A stretch of DNA of 41,232 nucleotides from an uncultured Gammaproteobacteria bacterium (GTDB lineage Bacteria > Patescibacteriota > Microgenomatia > UBA12405). The translations under genes were made by a program, and so were the position numbers. This document shows positions 32,395-41,017 of the stretch, one piece after another. The DNA lies in the NCBI GenBank assembly GCA_964405765.1, contig CAYOPC010000004.1:1-41232 (forward strand). The letters are read 5' to 3'. Below the pieces are notes generated by a model. It was given only the letters and a program-made list of their open reading frames with translations. It did no database searches and was not told the origin of the DNA. Each line of letters opens with the position of its first letter. Position 1 is the first letter of the stretch.

Positions 32395-35300
32395 TTAGGA
32401 GATATCTCGGACAAGGTAGCACTGATGGGTAATATCGTAACCGTTGAAATTGAAAGTTTCTTTAAGTGGGATATTCTTTTGATCCCTGACGTATCTGGAG
32501 ATAACATAGTTATTGGTGACAGAATAGTTAGAGATGGTTCCTTGTGTACCCGCAGTAATAATTTTTTTAATTCCCATATTTTTAGCAATTGGAGCAAGAT
32601 GGCCAACAAAAGATTCAAAGAATTTACCAATATCAACTGATTGTTCATTGGGAATATCAAAGGCACGGATTAAAAAAACTGGTTGATTATCAGCATCTTC
32701 AACTTTGAAGACTAATGTAGATCCAATAAATTCTGGATTTTCTGATTTGCTATTAGCAACAAATTTGTATGGAACTAAGTCTGGATAAGTTTTTAATAGA
32801 GGGTACACTTTGGTATAACAAACATCAGCCATATAGCCTGACATTTCACCAATAAGGCCACGATCAGGAATTATTGCTGTTGTTTGGTTCTGACCTAATT
32901 GAATGACAACAAAAGATTCCCGATAAGAATTTAATTCATTAATAAAAGATTGGAAAGAAAGATTTTTCTTGAATGGAGTGGAATATTTTTTAACAACTTC
33001 GAAAGTTGATTCGCTCCAATAGCCGTCTTGATTCTTGGTTTCAAAATTTAAAACATGGTCTTTGATGGTGTTATTTATAAGGTCAGTCATCTGACTAACA
33101 GCTATTGGGGTATTGTTGCTTTCCAATGAATTTTTAATGTTTTCTTTCCACCCGGGAGAATTTTGGTGTTTATCAAAGACTTTTTTAAAGACTAGCTGGC
33201 GAAGAATAGAATTGTATTTTTCTTGATCAGCACCTAAACCTAAAGTAAAAGGAATTAGCTTTGATAATAAACCATCGACGGAATTTGAAGAAGAAATCAG
33301 TTCTATTTCTCGGATGAAAGCATTTATTTGTTTTTGGAGATACTCTTGTTTTTTAGAATTACCACCGCTATCACTTGATGACAATTGAGAAACTCTTTGA
33401 TTAAACATTTCAATTAAAATACTTTTTTCTGAAGAAATATCATTACCATCAACAATAGCTTTAAGTATTTCTTCACTCAAGACGGTGAGAGGTTGACTAT
33501 CACTGATTTTTTTATCTGTTTCAACTTTAATGGAATTAGTGCTGATAATCTCTGGATAAAACTCACTGGGTAATGGGTTAATTTCTCCGTTTGATAAATT
33601 CTGGGAGAAATCAGAAATAATAGTTTGAATAGGAATTCTTGTAAAACGATTAACACTGTGGCCGGTAGCAATAGAAAGGGATTCGATCTGGAATGGGGTT
33701 AAATTTGATAAATCAGTTAACGGTTCTGGGCTAAAACAAATTTTTTGGATTTTTTTAACTTCTCGTCTTAGGTCTTCAATAGAAAAAATTCCACTTTGCA
33801 AAAGCTCTTCTGGAAGCTGGGGAGTCTTTTCTTTTTCATAAAGATAAAGAACTTGAAAATATTGATAAAATTTAGCTGATTTAGCAAGACCAAAGTTTTT
33901 AATATATTCGGTAGCAATTTTGAGGTGTTCTTGGTTAAGCTGAAAACCGGAATTTTTGTCAGTAACTAAGAATTCAAAAAACTTGCTGGTCCGATCGTAC
34001 TCATTGTGGGTGAAGGCATTGCGTTTTTCATCGGTAGATGTTGGGAGCGAGTTTAGAAGACCAGAAATAGTTTCTTGACCAAAGACTAGTACCCAAGAAT
34101 GGCGATCATGATATTTAATAAAATTTTCTGGATATGTTTGAGCATATTTTTTATAAAAGTATGGGGTAAATTCATTATTTTGGTCTAGAAATTTAACTCT
34201 TTCTTCTGGATATTGATATAGGAAAAATTCTCTGGCGGTAGCTTCTGAAATTCTTGAAGCTGCGAGGATGTCTCTTTGATCTGATTCTGAAGTAATAAGA
34301 TCTTTAATTTGGTCTATTTTAAGAGGATTATTGATAATATTTTTCTGTAAAAGAATATCTCTAAATAAGTGTTGTGGTTGATAAGTTAATTTACCTTCAT
34401 AAAAAAAGGAGGAGGGAGATAGACTTCTTTTGTCCGCATAAGCAAGAATATAGTGTTGAATCTGACCATCTTGGAGATTTGATAAAAATTGATAAAAATC
34501 TTTAGTGGTCTGGTCTGAGATAGAATCTAATAAATTTTGAGGAATAGTAACTTTTTGGGAGATAGTTTCAGAGTGACTAAGGTAGTGTTTGTAAAATTCT
34601 AAATTTGGTTGATGATTTTCGTCGAAATATTTTTTTATAAAACTTTCACGAGGATAAAAATCAATAATATTTTTACAAAAAAAGGCTTGTTGTTGACGAT
34701 CGGTTAGATTTAAAAGACAGTTTATTTGGTCTATTTCTTCTTCTTTAGCAAAAGACAAAATTTCTGATGGAAACTCAATTCTTTCTTGATTGTTGATATC
34801 TGATATAGCAATAGAACTAATTAAGGGAAAGAGATGTCTATGATTGTGATTACTGTTAACAAAAACAGCAAAGTCTGGTCGTCTATCATAATGGTAGTCT
34901 GGTATAGACAAAACTTCTGTTAGTTTTTTTTCGTTTGACGAATTGTAAAAGAAATTATTTTTGAGATAGTCTAGAGCAGTAATACTTTCCGAACTAAGCC
35001 CGTCGCTTGAAAGAAAATAAGAGATAGTTTGAGGTATCGGTAAAAAGGTATATTGGGTTAATTTATTTTTAGTTTCAGCAAATACGGAATCTGGGCTGTG
35101 ACTTACAAATCCGGCGTTAGTAAATAATTGTTTAAAAGCATCATCTGAATTAAAAGATTTTGATTCAAATTCTCCAAGAGAATCGAGGCGATCAATCCCT
35201 TTGATAATAGACGAATCAACATAAATATAAGAATCTAATTTTTTATCTCCTAACCTACTTGAACTATGATCATCATTCTCCATAATTTGGGCACGGGAAA

Positions 35301-35970
35301 TTCCCCTCGAACGTAGGCCATCATAAACTTGGGCGGCATTTATAACTCTTTCTTGCTGTAAAGCTTTAATGTCTTGCTGGCGAGTTTTCTTCCCTTCTTT
35401 AGTTTTAAGTTCCTCTTCATAAGAGGAAAAATGCTTCATGTAAAGCCTGTACTGACCGTAATCAATAATTTGGCCTTTGGTTTCTAAAATTAGGCCTCGA
35501 GGGACACCTCTTTTGACAAGACTATCGTAAACCTGAGAGGTGTCGGCAACACCAGATTTTTTGAGAGTTTGAATATCTTTCTGCCGAGTTAAAAAAGAAA
35601 CTTTAGTTTTTCGATTTGGATCTTGAGCAATTAATTCATCTAAGCTGGGGCGATTGGGAAAAAGATGAGAATTATTAGTGGAAGTTTCCGGTGTGATGAT
35701 TTCTCCTGATTCTTGTTTAATTTCATTTGATAAACGGGTAATTTCTAGCTGATCGGGGTTTGAAGATGGATGAGGTGAGGATGGAACAATTTCGGCAGTG
35801 GTGAGAGAAAGTTGATTTTCGCTTGGTTGGTCTGATGGCAGTTCGGCTAGTTGGTGAAAAGTTTCTGCTGGGTTTTGACGAGTTCGGTGGTTAAGAATTG
35901 ATCTAATTTGATCGCCAAGAGAAGATTTTTTTTCGGCGATTTTTAGTTCCGCTGAATTATCAATTGGCAC
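32395..35970 (-). CDS. giant hypothetical protein (1191 aa), no recognisable catalytic motif
   Basis: Long uninterrupted ORF. The N-terminal region is low-complexity and holds two copies of a ~36-aa module (TRQxDIxxLxx....QVYDxLxxRGxxRxxIxE). Its start overlaps the stop of the upstream 90-aa ORF by 11 nt. Confidence 0.8.
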   Translation of the reverse strand: MPIDNSAELKIAEKKSSLGDQIRSILNHRTRQNPAETFHQLAELPSDQPSENQLSLTTAEIVPSSPHPSSNPDQLEITRLSNEIKQESGEIITPETSTNNSHLFPNRPSLDELIAQDPNRKTKVSFLTRQKDIQTLKKSGVADTSQVYDSLVKRGVPRGLILETKGQIIDYGQYRLYMKHFSSYEEELKTKEGKKTRQQDIKALQQERVINAAQVYDGLRSRGISRAQIMENDDHSSSRLGDKKLDSYIYVDSSIIKGIDRLDSLGEFESKSFNSDDAFKQLFTNAGFVSHSPDSVFAETKNKLTQYTFLPIPQTISYFLSSDGLSSESITALDYLKNNFFYNSSNEKKLTEVLSIPDYHYDRRPDFAVFVNSNHNHRHLFPLISSIAISDINNQERIEFPSEILSFAKEEEIDQINCLLNLTDRQQQAFFCKNIIDFYPRESFIKKYFDENHQPNLEFYKHYLSHSETISQKVTIPQNLLDSISDQTTKDFYQFLSNLQDGQIQHYILAYADKRSLSPSSFFYEGKLTYQPQHLFRDILLQKNIINNPLKIDQIKDLITSESDQRDILAASRISEATAREFFLYQYPEERVKFLDQNNEFTPYFYKKYAQTYPENFIKYHDRHSWVLVFGQETISGLLNSLPTSTDEKRNAFTHNEYDRTSKFFEFLVTDKNSGFQLNQEHLKIATEYIKNFGLAKSAKFYQYFQVLYLYEKEKTPQLPEELLQSGIFSIEDLRREVKKIQKICFSPEPLTDLSNLTPFQIESLSIATGHSVNRFTRIPIQTIISDFSQNLSNGEINPLPSEFYPEIISTNSIKVETDKKISDSQPLTVLSEEILKAIVDGNDISSEKSILIEMFNQRVSQLSSSDSGGNSKKQEYLQKQINAFIREIELISSSNSVDGLLSKLIPFTLGLGADQEKYNSILRQLVFKKVFDKHQNSPGWKENIKNSLESNNTPIAVSQMTDLINNTIKDHVLNFETKNQDGYWSESTFEVVKKYSTPFKKNLSFQSFINELNSYRESFVVIQLGQNQTTAIIPDRGLIGEMSGYMADVCYTKVYPLLKTYPDLVPYKFVANSKSENPEFIGSTLVFKVEDADNQPVFLIRAFDIPNEQSVDIGKFFESFVGHLAPIAKNMGIKKIITAGTQGTISNYSVTNNYVISRYVRDQKNIPLKETFNFNGYDITHQCYLVRDIS

Positions 35971-36232
35971 GGGAATTATTTAAAGCAGTAATAGTTTTTT
36001 GGAGATTATACTTAAAAAGTGGATATTGGTTAACAAATTGACGAAGATGTTTGAATAAATCAGTGGTATTGGTTGAACTGTCGATGCCGGCGAGAACGGT
36101 TTGGGAAATTTTGACAATTTCAGTTCCGGTGATTTGTTGGTCGGTAAAAAGGAAGTCAAGAGTATTTAAGATCTGACGTTCGATAATATTTTTGGTATAA
36201 GAAAATTGATCGGGTTGGGTTGGAGAGGACAT
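35960..36232 (-). CDS. hypothetical small protein, co-oriented between smpB and the giant ORF
   Basis: 90-aa ORF that starts 15 nt after the smpB stop and overlaps the next start. Confidence 0.5.
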   Translation of the reverse strand: MSSPTQPDQFSYTKNIIERQILNTLDFLFTDQQITGTEIVKISQTVLAGIDSSTNTTDLFKHLRQFVNQYPLFKYNLQKTITALNNSRAN

Positions 36233-36247
36233 TAACTAAGTATACAT

Positions 36248-36661
36248 TTATCTGATGGTTTTTTTGATTTCCTGATCTTTGATTTTGGCGCGTTTTTCGT
36301 ACTTACGCATTTTGCGGCCGACACCGATTTCGACTTTAAACCATTTGCCGTGAAGGTAAATGGCGATGGGAATAATCATGTATTTTTGGTGACGGAAAGA
36401 CTGCAGTTTGGCAATTTCTTTTTCGGATAACAAAAGATTTCGGTCAAGGGTTTTGTCGGTGGCGATATTTTGAGAATATTTGTAAACAGGAATTTTGAGG
36501 TTAAATAAAATGGGCTGACCGTTGACAACTTCGACTTTGGAACCAATGAATTGGGGTGTTTGGAGACGCAAAGATTTGGCGTCAGCGCCAGTAAGGGCTA
36601 GCCCGGCTTCGAATTTGTGAATAAACTGGTAATCAAGGGAGTCCTTGTTGAAGTAACGCAT
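36248..36661 (-). CDS. smpB: SsrA-binding protein SmpB
   Basis: FEAGLALTGADAKSLR, LLLSEKEIAKL, the VEIGVGRKMRKYEKR basic tail, and 137 aa length. Confidence 0.9.
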   Translation of the reverse strand: MRYFNKDSLDYQFIHKFEAGLALTGADAKSLRLQTPQFIGSKVEVVNGQPILFNLKIPVYKYSQNIATDKTLDRNLLLSEKEIAKLQSFRHQKYMIIPIAIYLHGKWFKVEIGVGRKMRKYEKRAKIKDQEIKKTIR

Positions 36662-36681
36662 GCGTTAGTTTAACAGATTTT

Positions 36682-36815
36682 AAACCTCTCTGTCCCTCGA
36701 CGAGCTCGGGACATCTCCCCTTAAAAAAGGGAGAAGTCTTTAAGACAAAACCCACCCTTTGATTTAAACCCCTCAGACTCGCTTTGCTCGTCAGCTCCCT
36801 TTGATTAAGGGGAGC
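36682..36815 (+). repeat. palindromic repeat units (type D, short remnant, type B)
   Basis: AAACCTCTCTGTCCCTCGACGAGCTCGGGACATCTCCCCTTAAAAAAGGGAGAAGTC ... AAACCCCTCAGACTCGCTTTGCTCGTCAGCTCCCTTTGATTAAGGGGAGC. The 3' flank TTATAGTTTGCCAGTGGCAGACTGAGG resembles 31353..31378. Confidence 0.85.
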
Positions 36816-36860
36816 AATTTTTTTTATAGTTTGCCAGTGGCAGACTGAGGTTTGTAATTT

Positions 36861-37142
36861 TTAAAATTTACAAACTAATTCACAAACAGCTGCACAAAAA
36901 CCCCCAGGTGAATGACGACAGGGGGAAGTACAGGAATCGAACTGACCCAAAACAGAAGCACAAAGAAAAGAAAGTTTATAACTACCAGACCGCATTAAAT
37001 AACATTCATTATATTCAGAAGAATATTTTCCCCCAATACTAAGACAGGTGTTTTTAAATCTAGATCTTTGAAAAAGAATATAAATAATAATTAAGACTAT
37101 TACAGATAGAATACTTAGAAAAAATTTTAATTTTTTGGGCAT
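36861..37142 (-). CDS. small membrane-anchored 8-cysteine protein (paralog 1)
   Basis: 93 aa with an N-terminal TM anchor. The conserved C-terminus SC.SPCRHSPGG.C...CE.VCKF is shared with the neighbouring ORF. Confidence 0.6.
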   Translation of the reverse strand: MPKKLKFFLSILSVIVLIIIYILFQRSRFKNTCLSIGGKYSSEYNECYLMRSGSYKLSFLCASVLGQFDSCTSPCRHSPGGFCAAVCELVCKF

Positions 37143-37179
37143 ATTTTTAAGGAGATTTTTGGTTAGTAATTTTCAATTT

Positions 37180-37452
37180 TTAAAATTTACAAACTTGTTC
37201 ACACATAGTAATACAGACACCTCCTGGTGAATGGCGGCAAGGTGAGGCACAGGAACTATATTCGCTACCAGTTAGAGTACACAACAATCTGAGGACCTTA
37301 CCACCTTGACATTCGCGATAATCAGAAAGATATTTACCGCCACTAAGAGTACAGATTGTTGAAGGTTGATATTTTTTGAGAAAAATACCAAACAAATAAA
37401 GAAATAAAAATATTATTGGAATAATTAAAAGATATTTTATTTTTTTTGACAT
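37180..37452 (-). CDS. small membrane-anchored 8-cysteine protein (paralog 2)
   Basis: 90 aa with the same architecture and the same eight Cys positions as 36861..37142. Starts 6 nt after the stop of the 612-aa gene. Confidence 0.6.
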   Translation of the reverse strand: MSKKIKYLLIIPIIFLFLYLFGIFLKKYQPSTICTLSGGKYLSDYRECQGGKVLRLLCTLTGSEYSSCASPCRHSPGGVCITMCEQVCKF

Positions 37453-37457
37453 TGTTT

Positions 37458-39296
37458 TTATAAACTAATTTGGTAAATTTTTTGGTCGGAGGCGAGAAAA
37501 TAAATGGTTTTGTTGGCTGAATCGAAAGCAACGTCGAGAACCTGAAGGTCGCCAAGATTAAATTTAAATCCAAATTCACCGGTTTTTTTGTAGACATAAA
37601 TAAGCTTTGAATTATCAGAAAAAACTAAAAAATCACTGTCAATATCGGTGGTTAGACTAGCGGCTTTGGTAAAATTAATTTCCTGATTTTGATTAAATTT
37701 ATTTTTGATGCCGCTGTTATAAAGATAGATACGACCGGATTCGGTAAGAACCCAGATTTGACTGTCAATAGAGAGTGAAGTAGCACCAAGTTCGAGTTTG
37801 GCATCATTTTTTAACCAATTTTGAGGAGTAGAATAACCAGAAGCGCTAGGGGTAGATTTCCAAACGGCTTGAGAATTTTTATCTAAGATATAAAATGATC
37901 CGTTCCAAAATTGGGCATCGGTAACAGTAATTGAAGAAGGGATATCAATTTTTGAAGTCAGACCACTTTTTTCTACTAAATTAACTTGATTTTGAGATAG
38001 AAGATAAAGATTATTACTGTCGATTAAAATTTTGGTGGCGGATTTAATTTGATCAGAGATCAAAATGTTTTTGGTAGATTTTTCCTTAGGAAGAACAGTA
38101 TCGATACGACCGTTGGTGGAATCAAGAAGATAAAGAAATGATTTTGAAAAGATTATTTTAGAAAACTGAGGATGATTGGTAATAAGAGAGGTATCGTAGA
38201 TTGATTGGGGTTGAAAACTATCACTGTCGCCAGTCTGAGATAAAATTAAATCGACTTGAGACTTGTATTGATGGACTTCGTCGGTATGAATATTAAGCTG
38301 AGACATTTGAGAAATAATTTCCTGGGCCTCTTTGGCGGATTGGTAAGTGGCTTCAAGATTGAGATTTTTGACCACAGAAATATTATTAAGTTTAGTTTCT
38401 AATTCCGACTTGAGAATTTGGAAACCAGTTTCGGCTTTTTGGGCTTGATTTTTTTGATAACCAAAATAAGAACTAACAATAAGTCCAATTAGTAAAAACA
38501 AAGCAATAGATAACTGAATTTTTTTATGATTGCCGATTTTAAATTTAAAACGGTTTTTGACATAGATATTAGGTTGGTGAGAACGAGGAGGAATAACAGT
38601 ATTCGGATTGGCTGATGGAATTGGTGGGGATGATGGAGCAATGTCCGGGGAAGGTGAAACAGTTGAAGGATTATTAATATCAGTTTCGTCTGAATGAATT
38701 TCAATTAAAAATGATGAAAGATTATTTTGGTTTTCCAGGGAATAAAGATCGGCTAAAAAGTTTTCTTCGATATTTTGAATTTTTGGATCAACAAGGGTGG
38801 ATTTGATTTTTTCCCAACCAATTTGGTCAATAAAATCAGTAGTAGCCAAGATAATTCGGTCCTGATTTTTAACAGGTCCAGAAATCTGAGAAAATTGGTT
38901 TGAAACTCCAATAATAAGTTGGCTGATTTTTGAATCACGCTGGAGAATAGCCTGGTTTTGGTTATAGACAGCGATATAAGCTTGTTGATGATGGAAAATT
39001 AACAGAGATAAGCTGATTTGAATATCAGGAAAGGTACGGTTGATAACATGTTTCTCGAAAGTTTTAGCTAGTTTTTGACTGATATCGTTTTCGGTTTGGG
39101 CGAAAAATGACTGGTTAATTTGATTAATAATTTCTCTACCAATGGTTTTGAGATCCTGAGAATTATGGTGGTCCTGAAGACTGATTAAGCCGAAAAGGTG
39201 GGTTTGAGATAAGGAAGAATCTGGTTCACTTTCCCATGTTTGAGACCAGAATTGAGGATTGTTCTTACCGATGAAAGACCGACAATTAAAATGCAT
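37458..39296 (-). CDS. bitopic membrane protein: degenerate PP2C-like N-domain, Pro-rich linker, TM helix, repeat-rich extracytoplasmic domain
   Basis: 612 aa. N-terminal HLFGLISL...LSLLIFHHQQAYIAVYNQNQAILQRDSKISQL resembles a PP2C/SpoIIE strand pattern but lacks the metal-binding Asp residues. It has a PSPDIAPSSPPIPSANP linker, one TM helix, and a C-terminal beta-rich region (propeller-like by pattern only). Confidence 0.6.
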   Translation of the reverse strand: MHFNCRSFIGKNNPQFWSQTWESEPDSSLSQTHLFGLISLQDHHNSQDLKTIGREIINQINQSFFAQTENDISQKLAKTFEKHVINRTFPDIQISLSLLIFHHQQAYIAVYNQNQAILQRDSKISQLIIGVSNQFSQISGPVKNQDRIILATTDFIDQIGWEKIKSTLVDPKIQNIEENFLADLYSLENQNNLSSFLIEIHSDETDINNPSTVSPSPDIAPSSPPIPSANPNTVIPPRSHQPNIYVKNRFKFKIGNHKKIQLSIALFLLIGLIVSSYFGYQKNQAQKAETGFQILKSELETKLNNISVVKNLNLEATYQSAKEAQEIISQMSQLNIHTDEVHQYKSQVDLILSQTGDSDSFQPQSIYDTSLITNHPQFSKIIFSKSFLYLLDSTNGRIDTVLPKEKSTKNILISDQIKSATKILIDSNNLYLLSQNQVNLVEKSGLTSKIDIPSSITVTDAQFWNGSFYILDKNSQAVWKSTPSASGYSTPQNWLKNDAKLELGATSLSIDSQIWVLTESGRIYLYNSGIKNKFNQNQEINFTKAASLTTDIDSDFLVFSDNSKLIYVYKKTGEFGFKFNLGDLQVLDVAFDSANKTIYFLASDQKIYQISL

Positions 39297-39308
39297 TAAT
39301 TAATGATA

Positions 39309-39539
39309 CTACAAAGCCAACATACTTAGGACCAAAATTACAGAAAAAATTAAGTGAATAAAAGAAAAAATAATCAGAACAATATTAAATTTATCGGTGA
39401 TACTTTTGGACATAGAGGTGACTTGTTTAACTACGATCAGGGCAAAAATTACATAGAGGATAGAAAGTATAATAAAAAATATTTTGGTAATACCAAAAAA
39501 ATAGCTACCGAGATTATTAAAATCAGTCAGGTCAAGCAT
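39309..39539 (-). CDS. small two-TM membrane protein
   Basis: I place the start at the ATG at 39539 (MLDLTDFNNLGSYFFG..), which overlaps the upstream stop (ATGCTTGA). 76 aa with two hydrophobic helices. Confidence 0.5.
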   Translation of the reverse strand: MLDLTDFNNLGSYFFGITKIFFIILSILYVIFALIVVKQVTSMSKSITDKFNIVLIIFSFIHLIFSVILVLSMLAL

Positions 39540-40278
39540 GCTTGCCTCCTTTTTGTTCTTCCAAATCACGTAACTCTTTGAGAAGTTTAATAATTTTTTC
39601 TGGATTAGGGACTTTTTCAAAATTAATCTGATTAATTTCAGAGGCGGTTTGAATGAGAACATCGCCATAATTAAAGAAAGTTCCCAAAAGACCTTTGACT
39701 GAAGAAGAAACATCCTGAATCATGGAAAGATCAGCTTCAGCAAAATGCTTGTTGAGAAGATTGTTAAAATCAATATCAACAACTCTTTCATTGGTAATTA
39801 GGAAAACATTAAAATACCAGCTGAGAAACTTTTCGAAGGCGTAAATAAAAGTAAAAAGATACCAAAAGAGAACGGCGGAAAATTGAAATTGACCGGGGAA
39901 AAAATTTAAAAAGCTAAAATAATGAAAAAATAGAGGGACAAAAAGCATAAGAATGCCAACAAAAACCCAATGAAGATTAGTAATCCAATGAGGTCGAATA
40001 GCTAAATAGATTTCTTCACCTTCGTCTCGCTCCGAAAAAGAAAAGATTTTGGGACGAACAAGAAAAGAGGAAAATGGAGTTTTGGTATGACCTAAAATAT
40101 CATAAATTTTTCGATAAAAATCTTCGTCATGGTCTGGTTTTTGAGAGGAGACTTTAACAGATTTTGAAGATTTTTCTTTGGTGATAGAAGGTTTGATGGG
40201 ATCTGTTTTTTTGGCTGATGGAGAAGTAACTACCGGGTCATCCGGAGCAATAGTATCTAAATCTTTGGAACGGATCAT
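39532..40278 (-). CDS. bacterial PH-domain (YdbS/YdbT-like) membrane protein
   Basis: Two central TM helices are followed by ITNERVVDIDF....DVLIQTAS, typical of bPH_2 domains. Confidence 0.65.
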   Translation of the reverse strand: MIRSKDLDTIAPDDPVVTSPSAKKTDPIKPSITKEKSSKSVKVSSQKPDHDEDFYRKIYDILGHTKTPFSSFLVRPKIFSFSERDEGEEIYLAIRPHWITNLHWVFVGILMLFVPLFFHYFSFLNFFPGQFQFSAVLFWYLFTFIYAFEKFLSWYFNVFLITNERVVDIDFNNLLNKHFAEADLSMIQDVSSSVKGLLGTFFNYGDVLIQTASEINQINFEKVPNPEKIIKLLKELRDLEEQKGGKHA

Positions 40279-40291
40279 AGCTTATTATAGC

Positions 40292-40323
40292 AATTAATAA
40301 TTGATAATTAAGAATTAACAATT
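40292..40323. repeat. AT-rich AATTAATAATTAAGAATTAA motif
   Basis: AATTAATAATTGATAATTAAGAATTAACAATT, 13 nt upstream of the PH-domain gene start. Confidence 0.7.
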
Positions 40324-40345
40324 CTGTTTTTTTTCGATATTGATT

Positions 40346-40467
40346 CCGTCTCCTTAAATTCTTCTTTAACCAGCCTACCCTGAAGCTACGGCTTGGCGAA
40401 GCAGGGCAGGACTTTTTTAAACCTCTCTGTCACTTCGTGACATCTCCCCTTAATAAAGGGAGAAGTC
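40346..40467 (+). repeat. palindromic repeat units (divergent A with nested hairpin, then type D)
   Basis: ..CTTCTTTAAC[CAGCCTACCCTGAAGCTACGGCTTGGCGAAGCAGGGCAGG]AC.. then AAACCTCTCTGTCACTTCGTGACATCTCCCCTTAATAAAGGGAGAAGTC. Confidence 0.8.
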
Positions 40468-40468
40468 T

Positions 40469-41017
40469 TTAAAAATTAATCAAATGGTTTAACTGTAATA
40501 GATTTTTGATTTGGGAGGCGATGAAGTTGGCGTTGGATTTGGGAGGAAGGTGAAGAAAAATTTGTTTGGTGTTGAGATGTTTTTGGTTAATATGAAGTTG
40601 AATAGAATAGGCCATCCAATTACAATTATAAGTACCCATGTTGGAACTGATGGCAAAAAATTGAGAGTCGAAATTATCGAGTGGCGGCAAACTTAGATCG
40701 AGAAGAATGGGAGAAAAAGGATAAATCGGTTGATTATTGTAAGCATTTTTGGCTTGGGTTTCGATACGAATTTTGGAGAAATTACCATATATATCACCAA
40801 GACCGATAATCAGGTCATAATGGTTGTGGGCAATGTATTTTTGAAAAAATTGGCGAGGGTGAAAATAAATTAATTGATAAACCCTTTCCGCCAGAGGCGG
40901 ATTTCCCTTAAAAAGGGCAATTTTATCTTTTTCTTCTAGAATTTTTTGTAATTCTAGTAAAGTTCGGTGAGAAATGTTGGTGCCCCATTGATTGGAAAAA
41001 GCATAGATTAGGATCAT
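40469..41017 (-). CDS. pyroglutamyl-peptidase I (C15)-like protein carrying an in-frame repeat unit
   Basis: DLIIGLGDIYGNFSKIRIETQAKN, SSNMGTYNCNWMAY and IFLHLPP resemble the C15 pattern (..lG.a.gr..i..Er.A.N.., ..S..AGtyvCN..Y.., ..FiHvP). Confidence 0.45.
   Translation of the reverse strand: MILIYAFSNQWGTNISHRTLLELQKILEEKDKIALFKGNPPLAERVYQLIYFHPRQFFQKYIAHNHYDLIIGLGDIYGNFSKIRIETQAKNAYNNQPIYPFSPILLDLSLPPLDNFDSQFFAISSNMGTYNCNWMAYSIQLHINQKHLNTKQIFLHLPPKSNANFIASQIKNLLQLNHLINF
40879..40918 (+). repeat. palindromic repeat unit (type E) inside the C15-like ORF, in frame
   Basis: AAACCCTTTCCGCCAGAGGCGGATTTCCCTTAAAAAGGGC, translated on the minus strand as ALFKGNPPLAERV. Confidence 0.85.

Noticed and set aside
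36861-37452. Cys-rich pair as lanthipeptide/RiPP precursors
   Set aside because: No modification enzyme, leader-protease or export ABC genes are adjacent. The N-termini look like membrane anchors or signal sequences rather than RiPP leaders. They are kept only as unknown exported Cys-rich proteins.
39540-39713. N-terminal 58 codons of tracked ORF 39309..39713
   Set aside because: They overlap the 3' part of the PH-domain gene in another frame. The hydrophobic small protein starts plausibly at the ATG at 39539, which overlaps the upstream stop.
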